A DNA stretch of 64,000 bases from Laetmonice hystrix (lineage: Eukaryota): assembly GCA_965235115.1 (NCBI GenBank), contig OZ249436.1, positions 6,014,001 through 6,078,000 of the forward strand, read 5' to 3'. Both the position numbers and the translations under genes were made by a program. Positions 39,346 to 51,672 of this stretch are shown piece after piece. Under the pieces are notes generated by a model, which worked only from the letters and a program-made list of their open reading frames with translations, searched no databases and was not told the DNA's origin. Position 1 is the first letter of the stretch, and each line of letters opens with the position of its first letter.

Positions 39346-42300
39346 TCTGTATGTTCCGTGTCTACTGAATTTATATGAAAACAACACAAACCATCGTGTC
39401 TTTCTTGTCTTTCAGATTTTCTGATTATTTCTAAGTGAACACTGTGCGGTATTACAACCCCTCCCAGACCACAAATTGTCACGTATAGATTTTATTAGCA
39501 ACTGTCTACACATGTGTTCTGCCTGAAATAAAAATGGTTTCTTTTGAACAATTAAGAAATCCTTTATCGAGGTACTAGAATTTTTGCAGATACATAGAGG
39601 TAGGTCTACCATGTTGAGACAAGCAGACATTGAAAGACGAAGGAATCCTATATTTTATCTCATACCTAAGTTATTATAATTAGATGCGGATGAATGTTCC
39701 AGTTGGGATTTCAGATAAAGACACCACTAATAGAAAAATGTCAGTTTGTATAAAGTTGAATTATCGTGTTAGATTACTTGTGGATTATACTGTGGGAGTT
39801 ACGGAAAGTGTCCGGCGAACCTTGCCAATCGACATTGACAAAGGGTGTTTCACGCAGTAAACAAGGCTGGCATTGTGCAGTCCTGTTGATGAATGCGATC
39901 TGACAGCTGTGTGTCTGAATTGGGAGCCGTACCTCCTCCTCAGCTAGCACTGTCTCAGCATTAACTGGCCACATATCTGCTTGTTACTTTTCATCAGACT
40001 GCCTTGTCAATCCCTGATGGGCCGCAGATGGCAGCTTCTCAAGGCTCACTGCCATTGCACACATCGGTTCTGACGTTTTGACAACGTTAAGAATAAGAGG
40101 ATTGCAAACATTAAAGGCAGCCGTAGCGGCGGCGTAAAATCACCACCAAATCCTGTCAGCCGGCAAATATTTGATGGCCCGCCTTCACAATGTCAATCTG
40201 TTACCTCAGAATATGATGTATTTCACACACAACTGGATCCGATTGATTTCGTATTAGCTGACGATGTCCCTTGTTCACACTCTTCCATAGAAGATAATGA
40301 GGCCCCGTCTTTTTGACATCCACTGCCATTTGCCAGTACAGCCATGGTAAGAAGCAAAATCGTAATGCTTTATTTTCTTTGAAGGCCTTCAGTGGAAAGG
40401 TTTTCTGCCGATCCCCTTCCCGGACCAGGGTGACCCCACGTCCCTGTCCGTGTGGACCTATAACAGTGGCCCGCGTGCCGAGAGCCATCAGCAGCCACGG
40501 CTCCAGCCAGACACATTCAGTCTGCCATGTGACATGTTTTGGCACATCTTGACAGGTTTGCATGTCAGCAGCATCAAGTTTATACCCGACTTAATCCGTG
40601 ACAATAATTGCACTGACAGCCTAATCTCTTGATACAACTTCACAAGAAAGTTTAGCTTTTGTTTATGAAAGACCCAGCAACGTGGGGTCATCTGTTTCAT
40701 GTTTTATTATGTAATCCCCCTGGCTTAGCCAGCCAAATAAGAATGGAAAGTTGAGCTTTTTGAAAGAGGGATGTAATTGTTGGCGATGGGGCTGAGCTTT
40801 GTGTTTGGCCAGGGCCAAGAACGGGTTGATGGATGTCAGTTGACAACTGCCGTACCAGTAATCGAAGCTGCACACTTTGTCGGGCCCTCAGGCCGTGCAC
40901 ACAATACACCAAGATAAAAGTGTACTCCGTTAAATCCCACAAAGCCAGACCCACTCCTCCAGAGAATGCCAATTGCAGGCAAGAAATTGTCAATCACTCT
41001 GTAATCTCTGTCGGACGAAGAGTGAAAAATACAAGCAATTTGGCAAGGCTGGCTTCCTGGCCAGACATTGGAACTGGTAGAAAGTTGTAACGGTCCACAT
41101 TGTTTTAGAAAATTAATGATAGTCTTCAGGCATGTGGCAGGCCATAAATCATGTTTGTGAACATTTCCAGTGATTCACGACTCGCTGGGTTCAAGCTGGC
41201 GAGCCCGCTGAGGAGTGCTGCTCGAAATGTAGGTCAGTGTATTCTCTCTCTTAGGAAGCCATTGTCATTAGTGTATTTGTAGTTTAAACTAATTCACCCC
41301 AAGGTGTTACATGCCCCGGGGGATCAGGGGGTCATGTAGAGGACTCCCCTCCGTCCCTTTCAATGGTAAGTGTGAAGCGGGACCCAGAGCCCTCCGCCCC
41401 CCGCCTTCCACCGTCACCTGGTGCCCATCGTTTTGGCACCCTAGCCCCAGAGGTGTGGCCCAACTATAAAGGGGTCCCTAACACCAAACAAGAGCCATGA
41501 CAACGAGGGGCACCTTTGAGGCCTTTGTGGCGAGCATAGTTTATTGGGGCGCTGGCCACCTTCAGTGTACTGGAGGCATTGTCACGGGCGTATTCCGGAG
41601 ATCTCAACTTGCCGCAAGGCCAGTATTAACCCCCAACCGGCCACGCCGCCAACAACGTATACAGCCACTCCCCCGGAGCACATTATGTCGTAATTACCAC
41701 ATTTCTGGCCCAACACACTCCATTGCCATGGTTCAAGTGGGAGGTACGGCCCACTCTTTGATGAAGAACTCATGTGGAAGTAACCGCTCGACAATTTGAC
41801 GCAATGCTAAATACGTCTACTTATGTTAGCTAAGCATGCACACTACTGTCGACAAGTCTGAGACGAGAGGCCTCAGATAATGCCGGACTCTGGCGGGCAA
41901 ATCCTTTCTCTGCGCACTAATCAAGTTGTGGACGAGGACACATTTATGGGCTACATGCACAACATTTGTCAAGCTTGACCTCCACTCGGCTGGCCATACA
42001 GCAGTTGCTGAATATCACAGTTAATTTGCTGTCGTTTCATAGATTTTCAGCTATGTTGCCTGATTATGTGGAGACCATTGTGACGAGTCAGTGATACGAA
42101 AGGCCAACAAGAACTAACTTGTCAGCTTGAAAGGCCGTCAAATTAAACCGAGTCGACAAAGGCTGTTCAACCGCTCCTCTTTATGGAAGAGTGAAATAAA
42201 CCGCCAGAAAGGTACCAATTGCAGTTATCATCAAACGAAGCCAACGTAAATTAAGTTCTATTACAGCAATCGGAGGGAGATGAGGTTATGAGAGAAATGA

Positions 42301-43403
42301 AAAGAGCTATTGACAAGTTCTGCCAATCTTAAGAAATCAGCATTGACAGTGTTCAATATGAGCATCTCCTGTCATCTGTATCAAGTTAATGACCCAGTGA
42401 AGGCAGACTCTGAGACAAGGAGGTCTTTAAATGACTCTTCTCGTTACCGCTAACATGTCGGCCAAAGACCCCATCTGACAGCCTTCTGTAATGCAGCTTT
42501 TGAGCAGGTCCCAAGCATCTGTACGGGAGGACTTGTAGTTAATTAGTGAGTAATTAACTGAGATAGTTAATCACAACCATGCTGGAAAAGCTGATCTGAA
42601 ACATGTCGGAATCCTTTAAAACGGCATCTCTGTCACTCAGTGAGAAGTACGGACTACTTCAAACTTTCTACTTCCGTGGTAATCATACGTGGTTATTCTC
42701 CGAACGGTTTGATATTGAAGGCAGTGGAAAAGAATATTTGTGATAGGGGAGAAATCTTCATTGCACAAATCATACTTTCAAATAAGGTGGGGAGGAGACA
42801 TTATTTTATTATTTTAAGTTCCGCATACTGTTGTCACGGCTAGTGTATTTTGCCGTCGTATTTCACGAAACATGACTCATATTTCACTTACAAATAACTA
42901 ACCGTTAAACTTAAAGTACCAGAACACTTATGATAAGTAACAATTTTCATGAAAGCCGCTTTTGAAATGACACGTGTGGAACGGTACTGTACCAGAGGTC
43001 GTACGTATTACCGGGAGATTTTTAGCTGCTGGAGACTGAGACTACATGCTCCTGAGTCATGGTCGTCAATAGATTTATCCTGGCGACATTTCCAATGATG
43101 CACTCCTTCATGGCTGAGAGTGGCCGGACCTGTAGCACCTGCGTGGCCGCCACTAAAACAATGGCCATGTCATGAGGGTTCATTCACGAGGCACCATCTC
43201 TCAGCGTTCTGACATGTCGGAGAGCTTAATTGAATTCCTCTTAGCGTGAATGACTGGCCGATGGTATATGACAAATTAGATGGTCGCATAATCGCTGCCT
43301 TTTATGTAAGTTGCCACTCGTAGATGTCAGCCGTGTGGATGGATAGCCCGACATTGTCACTTGGAAATGTCCTCGCTGGAGTCAGCAGCACTTAATGACC
43401 TAC

Positions 43404-43621
43404 CTGAGGTGACAGCGCTGGAGAACAGCTGGGACGGAGGACAAGGTCTCCAGTACTATGGCTTGGGTCTGGAGGAGCAGCTGGGAGGACGTGGTACTCG
43501 TGGACGACCTTCCATAGTGTACATTGTGTCAACCTGCTTGTGTTCACAGCGTCCATATAAAAGCCTTCGGCTCCATCATTAACACGCTGGCAGCATTGAT
43601 AACGATTGGGAAGCCACATGG
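43404..43621 (-). other. Candidate exon (218 nt), product unknown
   Basis: A pyrimidine tract plus AAG acceptor, an open frame (MWLPNRYQCCQRVNDG...SPALSPQ) and the donor CAG|GTAGGT. No homology recognised. Confidence 0.2.
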
Positions 43622-44799
43622 CTTCAGCATGAAAAAGGACAGATTGGACGGTGTGCGTTGGTGACCTTGGTATGACTTTGTGTTTATGTAGGGTTTGGTC
43701 ACGCAGACATTACAAACATACGATTTATTTGAAAAGTTTTTGTCTGTAGTCAAATATATTTAAACTTTTATCCTTATGTGAAAAAAACGTAGGATGAATT
43801 GATCGCCACAAACGTCAAATGGAAGTTGAAACTAAACTGTGTTAAACGGTCGGGATAACAGATTGATGAGTCTGAGAACTTTTATAGTCGTTTGAAGGTG
43901 GTAAAAGGCCATAAATTAGTATCATTGTAACTAGACTATGTATTAAACCAAGTGTTCAAGTTTCATGCACTGAAAGCGATACGAGGTGGCTATGACAAAT
44001 GTATAATTTTCCTAAGGGCAGTGCAGGCAGCACCTGTTGAGTAAAAGATCTACAGTTTTGTGTTAGACACATGGAGAGTTTGTGTAGACCTGGCATTAAG
44101 ATGTGACAGACTCGATTATGGTGATAGCTGAAGTGGGTGCCTCATGCCACTGTAAGTACCTGTCAAAAAGTCGTTTTACATACTTGGATCAACAGTTGAC
44201 TGGAGAGACATTAGTGTCAGAAAAGGGAAGGTTTCCTTAGCCAAGGTCACCGCGTGGTGGCGCTGCTCTGACAGGGCCCTTTCTTAGTTGTAATAGGTAG
44301 ACACCCATAAACCATTCAGTCATTGTTAAGTGTGAAAACATGACTTTGCATATGTTTTTGTATTAATCGACGGGACCCAGTCACAAAGCACATTGATGGA
44401 GTCAAAATAGACGGCTTGTAACGGAGCGGGTCCATTGAACTGGGCACTTGAGAAATGTCGGTTTTGTCAGGGAAATAAATAGTTAGCATAGACAGAGAAG
44501 CTTTATGTTTCAATCGCCTGCTCAGGAATGTGCGTTACTTTAACACCCCAGCTGGTCAGGAGAAAGGCGAGCCAGCGTTCATTTATTCACACACCTATAC
44601 GTCATGTTATCATTTATTCATTACAAAAGGAGCTGTCTAACTTCAAAGTAACGTAGACCCCCAACCTCAGCAGGTATCTGGCCTAAAGTATTTCTTGTGG
44701 AAAGACGGCCCGGACGGCTCACCTTATAGGTACTTGTAAATGGGCTTTGTTGATTTATTAAGTATTATACGTGTTGCCCCAAGTGTAGGGAGGCTGTAG

Positions 44800-45050
44800 A
44801 TCAAAGTGTCTTCCAGGCCCCACCGCAGTCGCCATTTTTCACGGGGCGACCCGTCGAGCCTCGCTCGTGTCACCTGGGTTCGTCGGCGGCTGTGGGGACG
44901 TGGACGACTGCGGGGGGGGGGGGGGGGTGTACGGGGACGGGAACGGCGGAGACCCGCTGGTTCATCGCGCCCTCTAATGGCAGTTTCCGCGTGAACCGAT
45001 TCCGCCGCCAGGTGAGCTCTGTTTGAGCGGTATATAGGATGGACCGGACG
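44800..45050. promoter_or_regulatory. CpG/GC-rich promoter-like patch with YY1-like (44830-44839) and CTCF-like (44967-44982) motifs, a G16 run and a + strand donor (45012)
   Basis: High CpG density. AAAAATGGCG and CCATTAGAGGGCG (12/13 core match) lie on the minus strand, and CAG|GTGAGC on the plus strand. Confidence 0.3.
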
Positions 45051-45087
45051 GGCTCTGCATGCTGACCGGCTGCAGTTACTGATGGAG

Positions 45088-46089
45088 CTACCTGCTGGGT
45101 GACAGTGGTTAGGATCCCAAACCAACCACGGTCCAGTGTGTGTAAATGGTCATTCTCTACCTGCTGGGTGACAGTGGTTGGATCCCAAACCAACCACGGT
45201 CCACAGTGTGTAAATGGCCATTCTCTACCTGCTGGGTGACAGTGGTTGGGATCTGCTGGGTGACAGTGGTTGGGATCTGCTGGGTGACAGTGGTTGGGAT
45301 CTGCTGGGTGACAGTGGTTGGGATCTGCTGGGCGACAGTGGTTGGGATCTGCTGGGTGACAGTGGTTGGGATCTGCTGGGTGACAGTGGTTGGGATCTGC
45401 TGGGTGACAGTGGTTGGGATCTGCTGGGTGACAGTGGTTGGGATCTCAAACCGACCACGGTCCACAGTGTGTAAATGGTCACCTGCTGGGTGACAGTGGT
45501 TGGGATCTGCTGGGTGACTGGTTGGGATCTGCTGGGTGACAGTGGTTGGGATCTGCTGGGCGACAGTGGTTGGGATCTGCTGGGTGACTGGTTGGGATCT
45601 GCTGGGTGACAGTGGTTGGGATCTGCTGGGTGACAGTGGTTGGGATCTGCTGGGTGACAGTGGTTGGGATCTGCTGGGTGACAGTAACTGGGATCTGCTG
45701 GGTGACAGTGGTTGGGATTTCTCTCAAACCGACCACGGTACACAGTGTGTAAATGGTCATTCTCTACCTGCTGGGTGACAGTGGTTGGGATCTGCTGGGT
45801 GACAGTGACTGGGATCTGCTGGGTGACAGTGGTTGGGATCTGCTGGGTGACAGTGGTTGGGATCTGCTGGGTGACAGTCATTGGGATCTGCTGGGTGACA
45901 GTGGTTGGGATCTGCTGGGTGACAGTGGTTGGGATCTGCTGGGTGACAGTGGTTGGGATCTGCTGGGTGACAGTGGTTGGGATCTGCTGGGTGACAGTGG
46001 TTGGGATCTGCTGGGTGACAGTGGTTGGGATTTCTCTCAAACCGACCACCGTCCACAGTGTGTAAATGGTCATTTTCTACCTGCTGGGA
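45088..46089. repeat. Composite array: 24-bp subunit CTGCTGGGTGACAGTGGTTGGGAT in blocks of 1,1,9,10,11, each followed by a ~40-50-bp constant segment
   Basis: Counted directly. The constant segment is approximately CTCAAACCGACCACGGTCCACAGTGTGTAAATGGTCATTCTCTAC. Confidence 0.96.
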
Positions 46090-47540
46090 CAGCAACATTT
46101 GGATCATTAGGTGTGATTCATGCTCCCTGTCACTCGACCATACCCAGCCAGTCCGCCAATAAATGACTCTTCCACTACCTGGTAATTACCCACTTTATCT
46201 ACCCTAGAAAGGTGCCACGACACCCCGTGATACAACAGACGGACTTTGTTGGGAATTACTTCAGATTGATCATCAGGGTAGAAATAGGATACTTCACGTG
46301 GTTAGTGCGCAACGCTGGCCTCGTGGGAATTACCCCCCGCAGCGGGGGGCCTTGGCTTACCTGATTCAGTCATTCGGATGTGTTGAGGATTTATTTATTA
46401 ACAATCCGCCCCAACTCTCCCGATCCATCATGAAATGGGTTGACACTGTGATCAAGACAAGCAATCCCTCTTCTAGTAAGTTATTAAGGGTGAGCAGAGA
46501 TATTATATAAAACACAAGTGAGTAATTTGTGGACAGAAGCACCTCTGTAGCCCAGATTGGTGGGCGATAATGGAAGAAAGGATTGAAAGACAAGAGGTTA
46601 ATGATTTCTCCTGAGTCATGTCGACTACCTCGCGGGTAAGCGTGCTAATGAGCCGCACTAATGTGGCATCGTTTTGTCTTTGCCTGACGCGCCGCTCCAC
46701 TCGCCTGGGTTTGCCTCGTGTGTCTTGGGAATTGAGTTGCCAGTAGCGCCGCCCTGACTTCTATTAACCCCATGTTTTGTTTTAGCACCGTTCGCCAGCG
46801 GGGTAAGCTGTGAGGAGTGTGGATGTTAATTCAATAATTATTCAATATACAATGTTGTCAGGCAGTGATGGAAATGGATAAGCTGATCAAGGGAAGACGA
46901 ATGGCTTGGGGTGACAAGTGATTGTTTGTAACACGGGCCCACGACGTCTCCGTGATACATTAGGACACTGATATATCGTTAAATAAAGAGGTAAATGGAC
47001 GTTTAGAAGCCGTTGAAAAGAAAGAAGGAGAGTCGGCGCTCCACAGTTAGAAGCCATACCATGGTAAGTGGAAGCCACATATACTTGAGGCGAACATAAG
47101 CGGTGGTTTAGTGTACTGGTGTGTTTGTAATTAGGTGTAGTGAGTTTGGGCTGAGAAAGTTCCGAATTACCATCCTGGAGGTCATTACAGGACGGGAGGT
47201 CAGTAAGGACTGAGGTAAAGAAAACTGAGCTTGTTATTGTTATGGTGGAGGTGAGGAACATTTCTGACTGCACGACGGAAAGATGAGATGGAGGGAAGCC
47301 ACAATAAGACATGAAACATGTTATTTTATCAGTAGTTTACAGGTCCTTGTATTTAACGTAGTCAAGTAGTCGTAAATGTAGTCACTTTGTTCGCAGAGGA
47401 ATATCTGGGGGTACTGGAGTGGTCTTACTTCATGAACTGATCCCTGGGACATCCCATCATACACCTCGTCCTCTCGGCGTTTAAAGCTCGTTGTTTGAGC
47501 GATACTCTGTCCAGTATATCTGTGAATGATTTAGAGAATA

Positions 47541-47597
47541 TTTCCCCCGCTGTGAGTTATTTTCCCGCTGTGAGTTATTTTCCCGCTGTGAGTTATT
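47541..47597. repeat. Short tandem repeat, 18-bp unit TTTTCCCGCTGTGAGTTA, 3 copies
   Basis: Three direct copies. Confidence 0.9.
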
Positions 47598-49852
47598 CTG
47601 TGTGTCCACTCTGGACCTACCTGAAGGTGGTAAATACTCTGTGATAGCCATGGCGGTGGAGATAGCACCTGGCGGGCTGATCTCAGAGTCGGTACAGATG
47701 AAAGCTCAGACTGAGCCCAGACTGAGCGCTGTGTTTATCTAGGATGATCACGGCAAGGATGAGAGGACAGGAACAGATCAAAGAGATGTTGTGTGAGGAT
47801 GTGGGCAGGTGGGATGAACAACCAGACTTGATACAGTCACGGCGGCCACGTCACAATGTGTTTGCGGTACACGCTCTCATCCCGAGATAAACCCAAGAGA
47901 TAAGTCTGATCTCGACTTGCCACTCTGGATACCGCTAATCTCCAGTCTCGACAACCCACAGTCTGTAATCTATACACGTTATGCCACTACTGTACGAGCA
48001 GTATCTCTTTATTAATCCCAGTTAGCTCTCACCTTACCCTTCTTGTGTTTTCTCTATTTTATCGACCTATTTGTCGGTCTATCCCAGGTATGGCCGGTCG
48101 GTGGTGCTATCTTATCCACTCTGTCCCGCCATTCAACACAGCAACATCTACCGGCGGTCGTGAAAACATGCCTCGTCACAATGATAAATGAAAAACTTTA
48201 GTGATTTATAAATAAACAGGAATTCCCCATGTGGGAGAAATGTTAGAAACATTTATACGGGTTTTATACGGGGGCTGCTTTCGACTTCATGATAGTAGAG
48301 AAATGAATCAAATAATTCATAAATCCGCAAAAGTTATTGGAAGGCTTCGTGTTGTTTGCGTTTTGTATGAAAAACAAAGGTAACGTGTTGTGGTAATCAA
48401 TATTGTCAAGTTTGGGCTGATTATTGCGTTGTGTTAATAACAGTCGACACAACTTCACGTATCCGCCACTTGACTGCCATCATGGCCATATGCTGCCCTA
48501 GTTACTATCCGAGTGCCATCCTATTTATTGCCGTGTCTTTAACCATTCAAAACAAGGACCTCTTGACAAAGGCTTGGCCGGGTATCTAAATAGTCATCTA
48601 TCTGACGCGGGGGTCCGGCTCGGAGGGGGGAGCCGGCTGGATGGGGTAAGTGAATGGGGGGCGGGGTTGAACCCGACGTTATGAGCGAGAAGTTGTCGGT
48701 TGAATCCTGTCAGCTATAGTTGGCAGCCGTTACGGTGGCCAGCTACCGTCACGTCCTCACAAACAACGACGGCCATGTATTGTGACAACGGTTGACGAGA
48801 TGGCACCCACCATTTACTGACGTTGTTGTGGTGGTTGAGGCGGAACACGACGCCTACTCTGACGTGGATTGATGACAACCCAGCATATCATTTCAATGTG
48901 TCCCTCGTTGTCATTTCCTTGTTAGCTATTCGTTTCCATGTTCATGCCGAGGTGTGGGCACTCTTTAGTCTAGGCCCTCGGGGCGTGGGAACGTTGATAC
49001 CCCCTGTTCCAATTTACCCCCATTGGGTGCCGTCAAGGCTTCATGGTAGACAGCGCACCCCGCCCAGGCTGACGAATTACCCGTCCCGGTGGGATCATCG
49101 TAATCCTGGATCAACCCCGATCGATGGAGATCAATAGGCACATCTGTGGTCGACAGTCGGCCACAATTAAAACACTAGATGAAGCTCGATAAGAGGCCAG
49201 TAATTACCGATACGGACTGAAAAAATGGGTGGACTAGGCTTGGGCTTGGTCTCCGTGGGTACGAGTATTGAGGGCCTCTTACCCGCCATTGTTGGCAGGG
49301 TCAGAACGGCACTGAATCTAACCGCCATAAAACGGTAATTAGGATAAGTACTACCTCGTTAATCTTGGCTCATCAGATATACCACTCAGCTGGGGAATTA
49401 CAGCGGATTAAGTCAAAGGATTCGAATATTCAAATAAAGGATCCACTCAAACATGGCGGCACTTTGGGCTAGTTCTATATAGCGTCAGGGATCTTGGTTT
49501 TCAATGGCCGCTGCTGGATGTATAGCGTGAAATATTTTAAAGTAAATCTAGAGCATTACATACATGTAGATCCATTGCTGCCTTCATTGAGAAGCAGGTC
49601 CCGTAAGTGAATATGAATATGTGTGAATATGCATATATGTGTATTTATTTATTTATTTATTATTTATATTATAGATTACGTGTATATCCGCCGTTAAGAG
49701 TATATTTTTGCGAAATGATAGTATAATATAATGTAACGGTAACGGAGGCGCTCTGAACGTGGTATATGGTCAATGATTGAGTTAGAGCCCGGTTGATCCT
49801 GCTTGAATGTGTCTGAAGATGTCAAGTTATGAGAAAATGACCGTTATGAGGC

Positions 49853-50277
49853 CATACTGTCCGTATATACCAGGGATACCTTGACCATGACCAGCGGGCC
49901 CGGCAGACTCGGTACTATACTCTGGATGTTGTATGGGACTCATACTGTCCGTATATACCAGGGATACGTTGACCATATACACAGCGGGACCTACAGACTC
50001 GGTACTATACTCTGGATGTTGTATGGGACTCATACTGTCCGTATATACCAGGGATACGTTGACCACACAGCGGGACCTACAGACTCGGTACTATACTCTA
50101 GATGTTGTATGGGACTCGTACTCTCCGTATATACCAGGGATACGTTGACCACACAGCGGGACCTACAGACTCGGTTCTACACTCTGGATGTTGTATGGGA
50201 CTCATACTGTCCGTATATACCAGGGATACGTTGACCATAGCGGGCCCGGCAGACTGAGACTCGGTACTATACTCTAG
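49853..50277. repeat. Tandem repeat, ~86-90-bp unit containing ACTCGGTACTATACTCTGGATGTTGTATGGGACTCATACTGTCCG, ~5 copies
   Basis: GACTCGG(T) occurs at 49906, 49996, 50082 and 50168. Confidence 0.95.
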
Positions 50278-50608
50278 AAGCTTTATGAGACTCGCCAGCA
50301 CCGTCAAGATGATGGGTGACCGCCCGGGGCCGTGCGATGTTTGTTTCACGCCGAAAACAATAGGCGACCTCTACTTGCGACTGATTTGTGAGGTCCGGGC
50401 GGGCATGCCAACGCAGATAAATGGTCCCGGTTGGAATTTTTAGGAACAACCCGTCAAATACATCTACCTTACGTGGACGGATGGACCCGACATAGACAAC
50501 TTACGACCCTGCTACAGATTGGTGTAGCGACCACTACGCGGGTAACTGTTCTTTTGATTCGTTCTTTGTTATTAGGGGTTGGGTGACTGCGGGGCATTCG
50601 TCAAAGAA

Positions 50609-50653
50609 AGGGTGGGGTGGGGGTGGGGGTGGGGGTGGGGGTGGGGAAGGGGT
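50609..50653 (+). repeat. (GGGGGT)n microsatellite, potential G-quadruplex
   Basis: Seven or more consecutive G3-G5 tracts with short loops. Confidence 0.85.
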
Positions 50654-50881
50654 CATTTTACATTGTTTTACAGCCTTAACATAGGTAGTAATATTATCGT
50701 AACTTTCATTATAGCTATAAGGATTTGTCACTTTCTGAGGTGTAGTAAAAGTGGCCTGTGCGCGATATTCTTGATCTAATGCACGGCAGGTTTCCGCCTC
50801 GTAAAATGTATGAGTAATTCAAACAGATTCAAGTCGGAGGATTTTCAGAATATTGAGAATATTTGGGCAGTTTTCTTGTGA

Positions 50882-51445
50882 ACAGTCGCATACAGTACAG
50901 GCACCGTTGTGTAAGGTACCCGAAAGTCATTCAGTGTTAGCCTAATGGTGACAGTCGCATACAGTACAGGCACCGTTGTGTAAGGTACCCCAAAGTCATT
51001 CAGTGGTAGTCTAATGGTGACAGTCGCATACAGTACAGGCACCGTTGTGTAAGGTACCCCAAAGTCATTCAGTGGTAGTCTAATGGTGACAGTCGCATAC
51101 AGTACAGGCACCGTTGTGTAAGGTACCCCAAAGTCATTCAGTGTTAGCCTAATGGTGACAGTCGCATACAGTACAGGCACCGTTGTGTAAGGTACCCCAA
51201 AGTCATTCAGTGGTAGTCTAATGGTGACAGTCGCATACAGTACAGGCACCGTTGTGTAAGGTACCCCAAAGTCATTCAGTGTTAGCCTAATGGTGACAGT
51301 CGCATACAGTACAGGCACCGTTGTGTAAGGTACCCCAAAGTCATTCAGTGGTGACAGTCGTATACAGTACAGGCACCGTTGTGTAAGGTACCCCAAAGTC
51401 ATTCAGTGTTAGCCTAGTCATTCAGTGGTAGCCTAATGGTGACAG
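50882..51445. repeat. Minisatellite, 69-bp unit ACAGTCGCATACAGTACAGGCACCGTTGTGTAAGGTACCCCAAAGTCATTCAGTG(TTAGCC/GTAGTC)TAATGGTG, ~8 copies
   Basis: Direct periodicity. A 23-aa repeat appears in the minus-strand ORF. Two interleaved variants are present. Confidence 0.97.
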
Positions 51446-51640
51446 CAGCCTAATCTTCAATCTTAGTCGCCTTGTTCTTAAACTTTTACAGATAGGGCCT
51501 AATCGGTTAACGAAGGTTTCATGGCTTGGGGGGGGGGGGGGCGTGCGGTAGCCATGTGCTCCTGGCTTGCCGCCCCTCCTCCGTTATCTATACAAGATAC
51601 CCTGCTGCAGCCAGCGTCCGTAGACCCTTATATCTCCCGC

Positions 51641-51672
51641 GTACGTCACGTCATATGTTACGTCATGCGTCA
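51641..51672. promoter_or_regulatory. Cluster of four CRE/ATF-like sites
   Basis: GTACGTCACGTCATATGTTACGTCATGCGTCA contains four CGTCA half-sites in 32 bp. Confidence 0.35.

Noticed and set aside
41465-41799. TATAAA box followed by ATG and a 100-aa ORF
   Set aside because: The peptide has no recognisable features, and such a combination is expected by chance in 64 kb.
40200-42000. Coding-like fragments (WCIVC, RYGPL, DEDTFMG) suggesting a decayed DNA transposase
   Set aside because: The fragments lie on opposite strands, no family could be assigned and no matching TIR pair was found.
45088-46089. Repeat-spacer appearance resembling CRISPR (also 37245-37755)
   Set aside because: The spacers are near-identical rather than unique, there are no cas genes, and the context is eukaryotic.
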